Assembly: GCA_036382695.1 (NCBI GenBank)
Contig: DASVHF010000071.1
Span: 1-34,973, forward strand
DNA from: Candidatus Nanoarchaeia archaeon
GTDB taxonomy: Bacteria > Patescibacteriota > Microgenomatia > Woykebacterales > RBG-16-39-9b
Direction of reading: 5' to 3'
DNA length: 34,973 nucleotides
Positions 1 to 7,325 of the stretch are shown here, piece after piece. The position numbers and the translations under genes were made by a program. A model generated the notes under the pieces. It saw nothing but the letters and a program-made list of their open reading frames with translations. It was not told where the DNA came from and ran no database searches. How positions within the stretch are numbered: the first letter of the stretch is position 1; each line of letters starts with the position of its first letter.

Positions 1-224
1 AAACCGTCGCGAAGTGCTTTGAGTTCCCTATCAGAAACCTCTTCGTCGAAGTTGGGCCAATCCCAATCTTTCATCTTGATGGTCGTCGTTTTTGGACCTG
101 ATCCTCTTACGCCACTGGTACTCGTTGGCTTGTGTGCAGGCCGCCCATTTGATCTCACCACGGAGGCAGACCAAATGAGATGCCAAACCAGCACACCCAA
201 CAGAAAACCCCATAGGGTCTTCAT
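1..224 (-). CDS. 5' part of a CDS running off the window start; hypothetical protein with hydrophobic N-terminus
   Basis: ATG at 224-222 (minus) lies 4 nt after a strong SD (minus-strand AAAGGAGGGAGG, 240-229). The frame stays open to the window edge and translates MKTLWGFLLGVLVWHLIWSAS... It is missing from the ORF track only because its stop lies outside the window. By eye the region is more G+C-rich than its neighbours. Confidence 0.4.
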   Translation of the reverse strand, partial: MKTLWGFLLGVLVWHLIWSASVVRSNGRPAHKPTSTSGVRGSGPKTTTIKMKDWDWPNFDEEVSDRELKALRDG

Positions 225-267
225 CTGGCCTCCCTCCTTTCTGCGGGATATTTGGGGGTGTAGTTTA

Positions 268-1587
268 CTAGCTTTGTGCTTCTTTGTCAACAAACATAGA
301 TGCGCCTTTTCTTTGTGAAAAGTACCATTTATCTATATTTTCTACGAATTCTATTAAAATTGGATCATCAAGTAATAATTTTAATTGGGCCCAATAGGGA
401 TCAAGTTTTGGTTTGTAAATACCCTTCGCCTTATATTCTATCGCCTGAAGAAGTTTCTCGATTCTGTCCACCTGTCTCACAAAACGACCTTCTTTTGAAA
501 AACCCTCTTCGTATTCAAACCACAGTGAAAGTATTTCGTCCCGAAGTTTGGCAGGTAAATCTTTAAGTAATTTATCTAAAGCTTCCCTTTCTTTATACCT
601 ACGTTTCACGGTCAGCCTTTCTTTTTCTTTTTTGCTTCGTGTTGGCCATTCTTCTAGTATCTTTTTATCTTTTTTTGGATCCCCGCTTATTAAATCATCA
701 AAGGGGGTGATGTCGCCTGTGAAAATGATCACAATATCATGAACGATTGCCATTTTTAGCACTTTTTCCAGATCCATTCTTCTTCTAGCAGCAAGTACCC
801 AACACATTAATGCCACCCGGAAGGAGTGGTCAGCAATTGATTCTGTTTTTTCTTCCTCGGCTCCCCCATAAATCCAACCGATTCTTTTAATTTGCTTTAA
901 TTTACCCAGCTCACAAAGAAATTCAAGCATAGCAGCGTTTTTTTTATTCCTAACCTTATTCCTACCTTTAGTGAAGAACTCCTCTATACTTTTTGCAAAA
1001 CCTAGAATTCGTTTGTTATCAGTAATTTCATCGATCTGAGAAAGAAATGGGTATATAACCTCCCGTGAAAGCTGGCCCCTATACTCAATAGCCTGAATCG
1101 AATTCTCCACCCGATCAAGAGTTTTCAAAAACTTTGCTCCATGCGAACTTTTATGCTGAAAATCTAACCAAAGGGAATATATCTCATTTTTTTGTGGCTC
1201 TGGTAAACCGTGGATTAATTTCCGAACTGCTGTTTCTTCTTCATGAAAACGCCTAGCTGCAATCTTTTCTTTCTGCTCTTTAGAACCCCGCAAAACTAAT
1301 GCTGGATATTTTTTTATTAACTCCTGCTTACCCCTCACTTTAAGGAGCTTTTCGTAAGGACTGATATACTCTATATAAGCAGCTGACAAGCTATGAACCA
1401 AGGCAAGTTTTAACAGCCTCTTTATATTACGGTTTGGACTCAAGCCAAAAACCCAGGCTAGAACTAAAACACGAAATGCATGAGAAGCAACCGATTCCGG
1501 ATTTTTTATACCCCGCAAAACCCAGCCGGGTCTCTTGGTAAACTTAAGTTTATTTACATCAATAAAAAAACGGATAAACGCTTCCAT
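268..1587 (-). CDS. tandem HD-domain phosphohydrolase (two YfbR-like 5'-nucleotidase-type HD modules fused)
   Basis: Two internal repeats of the pattern KR.GW...G....ES.A.H.FRV..... The C-terminal module keeps H...HD...GD (SIADHSFRV, AIVHDIVIIFTGDITP). The N-terminal module has HS instead of HD (ALVHSLSAAY). Confidence 0.75.
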   Translation of the reverse strand: MEAFIRFFIDVNKLKFTKRPGWVLRGIKNPESVASHAFRVLVLAWVFGLSPNRNIKRLLKLALVHSLSAAYIEYISPYEKLLKVRGKQELIKKYPALVLRGSKEQKEKIAARRFHEEETAVRKLIHGLPEPQKNEIYSLWLDFQHKSSHGAKFLKTLDRVENSIQAIEYRGQLSREVIYPFLSQIDEITDNKRILGFAKSIEEFFTKGRNKVRNKKNAAMLEFLCELGKLKQIKRIGWIYGGAEEEKTESIADHSFRVALMCWVLAARRRMDLEKVLKMAIVHDIVIIFTGDITPFDDLISGDPKKDKKILEEWPTRSKKEKERLTVKRRYKEREALDKLLKDLPAKLRDEILSLWFEYEEGFSKEGRFVRQVDRIEKLLQAIEYKAKGIYKPKLDPYWAQLKLLLDDPILIEFVENIDKWYFSQRKGASMFVDKEAQS

Positions 1588-1598
1588 ATTAGCCAGAT

Positions 1599-1629
1599 AT
1601 TATATCTCACCAGGGAAATAATTGCGAGA
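1599..1629 (-). promoter_or_regulatory. promoter cassette with consensus -10 (TATAAT, 1604-1599), 11 nt before the ATG of the HD gene
   Basis: Minus strand reads TCTCGCAATTATTTCCCTGGTGAGATATAAT. It is nearly identical to the element upstream of uppS (8885-8916). Confidence 0.55.
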
Positions 1630-1757
1630 AGCAGCCAGAGCATTATACAGCTATAAAATGGATATGCCAATTTTTAAATTAGTCGGAGAGACAAGATTAG
1701 AAAACTTTAGATTAATTAATAACGAGAATTTTTAGCGAAGCGCAAGATTCGAGAAAT

Positions 1758-2219
1758 CTAATTGATTTCGAGAATTTTATAAGTAGACCTAATTGTAGAG
1801 GAGACTGTAACTATATCCCCAACCTTAGCACCAAGTAGAGCTTTTCCTACGGGGCTCTCATTGGAGATTTTTCCTTGCATTGGATCTGCTTCAACAGAGG
1901 AAACCAGCACGAATTCGTCTCTTTCTCCCTCCACTTCCACTTTCACTTTGGAGCCAATCTGAACCACATCACTTTTTTTACCCGACTCAATCTTCTGAGC
2001 ATTACGCAGAATATCTTCTAGCTCAAGTATTCTTCCTTCAATGAACGATTGTTCTTCTCTGGCAGTATCGTATTCCGAATTCTCACTTATATCCCCATAT
2101 TCCCTAGCCTTGGCAATACGAGCAGACACCTCTTTTCTTTTAACATTCACGAGATGCTCGTATTCTTTTTCTATCTTCTTAAGGCCTTCGCTAGTTAAGT
2201 AGACTATTTCTTTTTCCAT
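1758..2219 (-). CDS. greA: transcription elongation factor GreA
   Basis: [23 protein letters not shown]...[28 protein letters not shown] is the classic GreA coiled-coil plus C-terminal domain. I prefer the ATG at 2219, which has the SD AAGGAA 6 nt upstream, over the ORF-track start at 2276. That earlier start sits 3 nt after a -10-like GAGATATAC. Confidence 0.9.
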   Translation of the reverse strand: MEKEIVYLTSEGLKKIEKEYEHLVNVKRKEVSARIAKAREYGDISENSEYDTAREEQSFIEGRILELEDILRNAQKIESGKKSDVVQIGSKVKVEVEGERDEFVLVSSVEADPMQGKISNESPVGKALLGAKVGDIVTVSSTIRSTYKILEIN

Positions 2220-2371
2220 TGCGTTTCCTTGCGGCATTTTTAGGGATAAAAAAGCCCGATCACTCGGGGACTTCATTGGTATATCTCATTAACACAATCT
2301 TCAATACTCCAACCCGAGAAGGGTCAAGTAAAAAATTATTACACCTTATAATAACAGGGAGGTGACACTAA

Positions 2372-2531
2372 GTCAAGTACCAAGCAGTCGTCAATCATGG
2401 TGAACCAAACGAATTTGGCTTGGAACACCTTACTAGAGAATCTAAAGCAGTGCCAATTCCTCACTACTCTTTCTTACTTTGAGTCTAAGTACAAACACAA
2501 ATCTAATTACTCGAGTTTATTAGAATCTTAA
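2372..2531 (+). repeat. copy A of a diverged about 150-nt paralogous repeat (decayed small gene or HNH-like relic)
   Basis: Aligns without gaps to 3257-3407. Both copies end in the identical 16-mer TTTATTAGAATCTTAA (2516-2531). A strong SD-like GGGAGGTGA lies upstream (2357-2365) but no start codon follows it. Confidence 0.6.
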
Positions 2532-2596
2532 GTAACAGTTTTGGTGGCACGAGAGGTTATTGAGATGTGAAACCCACATGCTAATTTATTTTGTGT

Positions 2597-3178
2597 TTAA
2601 GATTTCTTGAGAACAAATGACATATTTTTGAAGTGGAAAAAGTAATAGGACATCACGTTTTCTTTTTTGCTCAAGAGTTTGAGATTCAATTTACCAAATA
2701 ATTCAAGCCACTCGCCTTCACTCTTATTAGTATGTGGGTGCCCAAAAAATTCGTTATTCGCAAGGCTATCAGCAAGAAATGTTTGGTATTTTTCAATTGA
2801 ATTGTTATACACATCTTCTACAATAATTACTTTATTTTTTGCAACACGTATCGCTTCTCTTAGAACTTGTTCAGGATTATGCGTGTGATGAAGTACTGTT
2901 ATCAACAAGCTTGTATCAAAACTCTCATCAGAAAACGGCAGCTTCTTCCCGTCGTAGAGGAGAAATTTAAAGCCTTCTGCGTACTCTTCTCGCTTATCTA
3001 CTACATCAACCAAAACAACATCAACCTTCTTTTTGTTAAACACGTGACGTGATATTGCACCGTTGCCTGGACCAATATCAATTATTTCTTCTTTTGGCTC
3101 GATATACTCAATGAAAAGGTCTGTTAGTATTTTATCACGGTCTCTAAAAGGATTGTAATTAAACATTTTATTTACCAA
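2597..3178 (-). CDS. class I SAM-dependent methyltransferase (Methyltransf_11/25-like, small-molecule type)
   Basis: Motif I IIDIGPGNGAIS, acidic loop VDVVD, and LPFSDESFD...VLHH. No DPPY/NPPY or PCQ DNA-methyltransferase motifs seen. Confidence 0.75.
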   Translation of the reverse strand: MVNKMFNYNPFRDRDKILTDLFIEYIEPKEEIIDIGPGNGAISRHVFNKKKVDVVLVDVVDKREEYAEGFKFLLYDGKKLPFSDESFDTSLLITVLHHTHNPEQVLREAIRVAKNKVIIVEDVYNNSIEKYQTFLADSLANNEFFGHPHTNKSEGEWLELFGKLNLKLLSKKENVMSYYFFHFKNMSFVLKKS

Positions 3179-3256
3179 TACCTTACTAATTTAGATTCTA
3201 ACATTAAAGTAGGATTACAATATATGAAAGGGTATCCTGTTAAAAAGCTTGTTTTA

Positions 3257-3407
3257 TCAAGTAATCAAGTAATTGGTGACCCTAACGACTTTGTCGTCGA
3301 ACACCTTATTCCAAGTTCTAAGGGATTGGCAACAACAAAATCTACTAGAGCCAATCGAACCTAATACTTCATTTGGAGCTAACTACCACTCTTTATTAGA
3401 ATCTTAA
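3257..3407 (+). repeat. copy B of the paralogous repeat; contains a 46-codon ORF (3224-3364) with an HNH-like core and an alternative 44-codon ORF (3273-3407)
   Basis: The frame from ATG 3224 reads MKGYPVKKLVLSSNQVIGDPNDFVVEHLIPSSKGLATTKSTRANRT. The terminal 16-mer TTTATTAGAATCTTAA is at 3392-3407. An inverted near-copy AATTTAGATTCTAA lies at 3188-3201. Confidence 0.55.
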
Positions 3408-4117
3408 ATTGATGAAATTATTTTAAGGTGGCTCTTGACTGTTTTCTTGAGTGCTTTATAAACGTCCTTATATGGAGGGCTTACATAAAAACCTCTATTT
3501 CCCACCGGAGGAATAAAATTAGGGTCTAATGGGTCTAAAGGTTCGGTGAAATAAACTGGGTTTGGATAGTCCTCCGGAATAAAGTAAATAACAACAGCCC
3601 CTCCTCTTACGGTTGAATACGTCATCCAATCGTGAAGTACGTGTTGTTGGATGTGATCTATAAACTTAATCCTAAAATCCCTTGCTTTTTCCAATAAATC
3701 CCACTCAGCGTCTAGATTAGAACTATTTTTCTTCATAAATCTAATAAATCTTTCGGCACTCCTTATGGGCATATCTTTCCTATATTCAGGGGGAGCGGTA
3801 TGATTCAGAAGCATTGAAAATGCAGAAATTGTTGCGTATAACCCTTGATAAAAAATTTCTAGTTTATCAACAAAATCTAGTTGGCTATGCGACAGAGGTC
3901 TTTTCAAATTAAATGGTGTTCTGGTAGAAATTTCCGTTTGAGCTAGTGATAATTCTTTATATCGCCAATATAACTTAACTAAATACTCATTGAACCTTTG
4001 AATAGCCGTTGCCTTCTTACCCCTTGACCTTTTATCGAATTTCTTTAACAGCCTTTCGCAGTCTTTTTTCAGAGATTGTACAAAAGGAGTTGTGGGTAAA
4101 TTTATAGGTTTAGACAT
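3404..4117 (-). CDS. hypothetical protein (orphan; helical N-terminal two thirds, Pro/aromatic-rich C-terminus)
   Basis: Long ORF, divergent from the nuclease gene. I recognise no family motif; there is a single Rx5H (RIKFIDH). The DNA is visibly AT-rich. Confidence 0.6.
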   Translation of the reverse strand: MSKPINLPTTPFVQSLKKDCERLLKKFDKRSRGKKATAIQRFNEYLVKLYWRYKELSLAQTEISTRTPFNLKRPLSHSQLDFVDKLEIFYQGLYATISAFSMLLNHTAPPEYRKDMPIRSAERFIRFMKKNSSNLDAEWDLLEKARDFRIKFIDHIQQHVLHDWMTYSTVRGGAVVIYFIPEDYPNPVYFTEPLDPLDPNFIPPVGNRGFYVSPPYKDVYKALKKTVKSHLKIISSI

Positions 4118-4161
4118 AATTCTTGCTAGTAAACTAGCTGCATTGAATCTTACACCAAAAA

Positions 4162-4184
4162 TGCTAGAATGGCAGCGGTATAAT
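4162..4184 (+). promoter_or_regulatory. candidate promoter(s) for the nuclease operon
   Basis: Extended -10-like TGCTAGAAT (4162-4170) and consensus TATAAT (4179-4184), the latter 17 nt before ATG 4202. No SD is visible. Confidence 0.4.
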
Positions 4185-4201
4185 CAACTTGTCAGCAAAC
4201 T

Positions 4202-5659
4202 ATGGAAAATTGTTCTAGATGCAGTAAATCCCTTACATTCCTAAACCGACGTAAAGTTCGAGAACTCGAAGTATGTAGTAGTTGCCTTCGAGATATCCAG
4301 AGGGAAGTTATTGAAGAAAAGGTTTCTCTATATCTGAAAAACAAAAAAGATTTTTTTCCTGGCATAAATAAGGTATTTGAGCTTTTTAATAAAGATCTTG
4401 GGTTATTTAAAAAGGACTCTTTAGAGAAGCCCAAAAGGCTTCTTGGACTAGAATACTTTTATTTAACCGATAAAGAGAGTCTGAAAAGACTGCAAGCAGA
4501 GAAAGGTTTGGATAATGTTGCTTTTAGTAAATGGAAGTCACTTGAGGTAAGTAAAATAAATCTCGGCCACATTTTTTTGGAAGACCTGGAAAAGCTACGG
4601 AAGCTAATTTTGCATGAAGGGGTAAAAGCAGATTTTGATAATTTGATGAAGGTTATATCTGATCACTTGACTGGTCTTCTTGAGGACGAGTTAGACAAAA
4701 CAGCCCGTATTCTTGCTGATGGTGTTAAAAAACTTTTAGGAGAAGGGATTAACAAGGAAAACTCCCTGAAAACCCTAGTTCGGACGACCCACGATAGTCC
4801 AATTAAAGATGTTAGGGAAGAAATGAGAGCTGGGGGGTCTAATCCATTGTTTATAAAGGTGCTGACCGAGCATCTAGGATTCAAAACAAACGAGAGTGAG
4901 GTATCAAGAATTGTTAGTAAGGAATTGGAGGAAATAGAGTTAGAAGATTTCAAAGAAGGAATGAGTTCCCAGAAACAAGGGGTGTTAGGTGATTTTAGTG
5001 GGCTAAACGGATTTCAGTTTCAAACTTATTTAAAGAACCTTTTTGAAGCTCTTGGTTACTTAGTGGAAGAATTACCTTTGAGTGGAGATCAAGGAGCGGA
5101 CTTAGTTATCAATAAAAATGACGAAAGAGTAGTAATTCAAGCAAAAAAGTACGTAAAGCTAGTTCCAAATAACGCAATACAGGAGGTGGTGGCCTCCAAG
5201 GAGTATTATAAAGCGAATGGAGCCATCGTGGTTACAGATAACGAGTTTACCAAAAGTGCCATTGCTTTGGCCGAAAGTAATAATGTTGAGTTGTGGGATG
5301 GAAATAAACTTAGAGAAGTTATTAGCGAGATTGAGACTAAAGCTAAGCCATACAGGGCCCTAGACCTAAATAAGTTAAGTGAACTTAAGACAGAGTCTGA
5401 TCCAAAAGTAGTTTCAGCTAGAGAAAAGGCGGCTGATACACTTTTTAAGATGTCATCAATGGTTGGTTTGAAGCCAGGAGATTCCAAAGAAACAATTATT
5501 AAAAAGCTAGTGGAGGCATTTAAATCCCAATCACGACCTATTGGAGAAGATTCATTACCAATCGTGAAAATTATGTCAAAGAAATATTTTGGAATAGATG
5601 TTTCTATAAAAGAGGTTAAGGAATTGATTAACAGGTACAAGACTAAGTTACAACTATGA
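4202..5659 (+). CDS. zinc-ribbon / helical linker / Mrr-type (PD-(D/E)xK, Mrr_cat) restriction-endonuclease-domain protein
   Basis: N-terminal CxxC-x17-CxxC (CSRC...CSSC). Residues about 270-375 read FQFQTYLKNLFEALGYLVEELPLSGDQGADLVINKNDERVVIQAKKY...NGAIVVTDNEFTKSAIALAESNNVELWDGNKL, which matches the Mrr_cat pattern (GxD...QxK, ...vT...ft..A...A....i.l.dg..L). Confidence 0.75.
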   Translation: MENCSRCSKSLTFLNRRKVRELEVCSSCLRDIQREVIEEKVSLYLKNKKDFFPGINKVFELFNKDLGLFKKDSLEKPKRLLGLEYFYLTDKESLKRLQAEKGLDNVAFSKWKSLEVSKINLGHIFLEDLEKLRKLILHEGVKADFDNLMKVISDHLTGLLEDELDKTARILADGVKKLLGEGINKENSLKTLVRTTHDSPIKDVREEMRAGGSNPLFIKVLTEHLGFKTNESEVSRIVSKELEEIELEDFKEGMSSQKQGVLGDFSGLNGFQFQTYLKNLFEALGYLVEELPLSGDQGADLVINKNDERVVIQAKKYVKLVPNNAIQEVVASKEYYKANGAIVVTDNEFTKSAIALAESNNVELWDGNKLREVISEIETKAKPYRALDLNKLSELKTESDPKVVSAREKAADTLFKMSSMVGLKPGDSKETIIKKLVEAFKSQSRPIGEDSLPIVKIMSKKYFGIDVSIKEVKELINRYKTKLQL

Positions 5660-6072
5660 AAAATAGTTGTTCGTTTTGTGATTTTAATGAAGATAGAAAA
5701 TTAAAAGAAAGCAAACATGCCTTTGTTATTTTTAGCAACCCGCGACTAATGCCTGGACACTTGTTGGTGGTGTCTAAAAGGCACATTCAAAGGCTTTCAC
5801 AAATGACAAAAGATGAAAGAGGCGAGGTGCTAGATTTTGTTACGGAGTTTGAGGAAAAGATTTTGGCAAAGTTACCCAAAGGGTGTGACATTCGCCAAAA
5901 CTTCAAACCTTATGTAGAGAATAGTAGAACTCATGTAAACCATTTCCACTTTCACTTACATCCAAGAGAATTCGATGATGAACTGCACGAAAAGACAGAT
6001 GTATACATAAAGCCGCTTTATAAAGACTTACCAAAAGAAGAAAAAGAAAGACTCTTTAAATTACTGAAATGA
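5656..6072 (+). CDS. HIT-family nucleotide hydrolase/transferase
   Basis: CSFC near the N-terminus, NPRLMPGHLLVVSKRH, and histidine triad HVNHFHFHLHP. The ATGA overlaps the stop of the nuclease gene. Confidence 0.85.
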   Translation: MKNSCSFCDFNEDRKLKESKHAFVIFSNPRLMPGHLLVVSKRHIQRLSQMTKDERGEVLDFVTEFEEKILAKLPKGCDIRQNFKPYVENSRTHVNHFHFHLHPREFDDELHEKTDVYIKPLYKDLPKEEKERLFKLLK

Positions 6073-6974
6073 AAAACCCAATTTTAGTAGTTGGTAGTAT
6101 AAACATGGATCTAGTGGTGGAGGTGAAGAAATTACCATCAAAAGGAGAAACTGTGACTGGTGAAACCATTCGATATATCCCTGGAGGTAAGGGTGCAAAT
6201 CAAGCCGTTGCAGCGTCTAGACTAGGAGCGGAGGTTTCTTTGATAGGAAAGGTGGGTAATGACCATTCCGGAGAAGAATTGGTTGGGTTTTTGACTTCTG
6301 AAAAGTTAAATCTAAAGGGTATTTCAAAAAGTCCTTTACCATCCGGACTTGCAGTTATATCGGTTGATAATAAAGGTGATAACACAATTGTTTACTCTCC
6401 TGGAGCAAACTCTGAGGTGAGTGCTAAAGACATAGAAAAACAAACAGAACTAATCAAAAGATCCAATCTCATACTTTCCACATTTGAAACACCAGTGGAA
6501 GCGGTAGAAAGGTTGTTTTTTATAGCAAAAAGGGTGAATAAAACAACAATCCTAAATCCAGCTCCCGCACGTGGTACTTCAAACAATCTACTGAAGAATG
6601 TAGATTACTTGGTTTTGAATGAAACAGAACTAGCCTTCTTAACGAAATCAGCAAAAGTACTAGAAAGTCTTGAAGATATTGAAAAGGCAGCAAAATTGTT
6701 AAAAACCAAAGGTCCGGATATTGTGGCAGTGACGCTTGGCTCAAGAGGCGCTTTAACTGTAACTGATACTAGAGTTATAAGAACAGAAGGAATAAAGGTC
6801 AACGCTGTGGATACTACAGCCGCAGGAGATTGTTTCGTTGGTGCATTAGCAACTCAGATTAACAAAGGGATAGGTTTAGAAGAATCTTTGGATTTTGCCA
6901 ATAGAGCAGCGGCAATTAGCGTTCAAAAATGGGGTGCAAGTAGCTCTCTACCAACGATTAACGAGATCTCATAG
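6069..6974 (+). CDS. rbsK: ribokinase (PfkB family)
   Basis: GGKGANQAVAASRLGA, NE motif (VLNETE) and DTTAAGDCFVGALA, the typical RbsK signatures. The ATGA overlaps the HIT stop. Confidence 0.85.
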   Translation: MKNPILVVGSINMDLVVEVKKLPSKGETVTGETIRYIPGGKGANQAVAASRLGAEVSLIGKVGNDHSGEELVGFLTSEKLNLKGISKSPLPSGLAVISVDNKGDNTIVYSPGANSEVSAKDIEKQTELIKRSNLILSTFETPVEAVERLFFIAKRVNKTTILNPAPARGTSNNLLKNVDYLVLNETELAFLTKSAKVLESLEDIEKAAKLLKTKGPDIVAVTLGSRGALTVTDTRVIRTEGIKVNAVDTTAAGDCFVGALATQINKGIGLEESLDFANRAAAISVQKWGASSSLPTINEIS

Positions 6975-7128
6975 GTTTTAGCCGGTTCGAATCCATAGTC
7001 CTCATTCAGGCACGGAATTTCAGAAAAAAGGAAACATTTCCGGTCCGAATTAGAGAGGTATAAAATGGGGTATTTACAAGCCCTTACAAGCAAATATAGG
7101 CACTCCGGTCACATAGGGGTGCCCTGTT

Positions 7129-7205
7129 TGGTGACCCCGGGGGGATTCGAACCCCCGATCTCCTGGCTGAGAACCAGGCGTCCTAAGCCTCTAGACTACG
7201 GGGCC
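7129..7205 (-). tRNA. tRNA-Glu (anticodon CUC), CCA encoded
   Basis: Minus strand reads GGCCCCGTAGTCTAGAGGCTTAGGACGCCTGGTTCTCAGCCAGGAGATCGGGGGTTCGAATCCCCCCGGGGTCACCA. It has a 7-bp acceptor stem, anticodon stem CCTGG/CCAGG with loop TTCTCAG, and T-arm GGGGG-TTCGAAT-CCCCC. Confidence 0.93.
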
Positions 7206-7218
7206 AAGTCGGTACCCT

Positions 7219-7247
7219 ATTATAACTTTTTGCTTTTCCCTAGTCAA
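7219..7247 (-). promoter_or_regulatory. sigma70-type promoter of tRNA-Glu
   Basis: Minus strand has TTGACT (7247-7242), a 17-nt spacer, then TATAAT (7224-7219). The -10 ends 13 nt before the mature tRNA 5' end. Confidence 0.6.
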
Positions 7248-7325
7248 AATCCCTTGACAACCACTACAAAAAAAGGTACCTTAGTAAGGAAGGAGGCTGC
7301 CTTAGTTTCCTGTGGGTAATTCCTA

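Noticed and set aside
5206-5640. 144-aa minus-strand ORF. Similar antisense ORFs also occur inside long genes elsewhere (4663-4953, 6200-6802, 17028-17249, 18815-20040, 28113-28440, 33149-33972).
   Set aside because: All are embedded antisense to, or out of frame with, genes that carry clear family motifs. None has an RBS or recognisable motifs.
6981-6998. tRNA-like T-arm string GCCGGTTCGAATCCATAG just after the ribokinase stop. It could be a tRNA gene, or an att-site relic near tRNA-Glu.
   Set aside because: The would-be T-stem does not pair (GCCGG versus CCATA pairs at only 2 of 5 positions). There is no D-arm, anticodon arm or acceptor stem upstream. It faces the opposite way from tRNA-Glu, and no integrase is present in the window. 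At most it is a decayed fragment.
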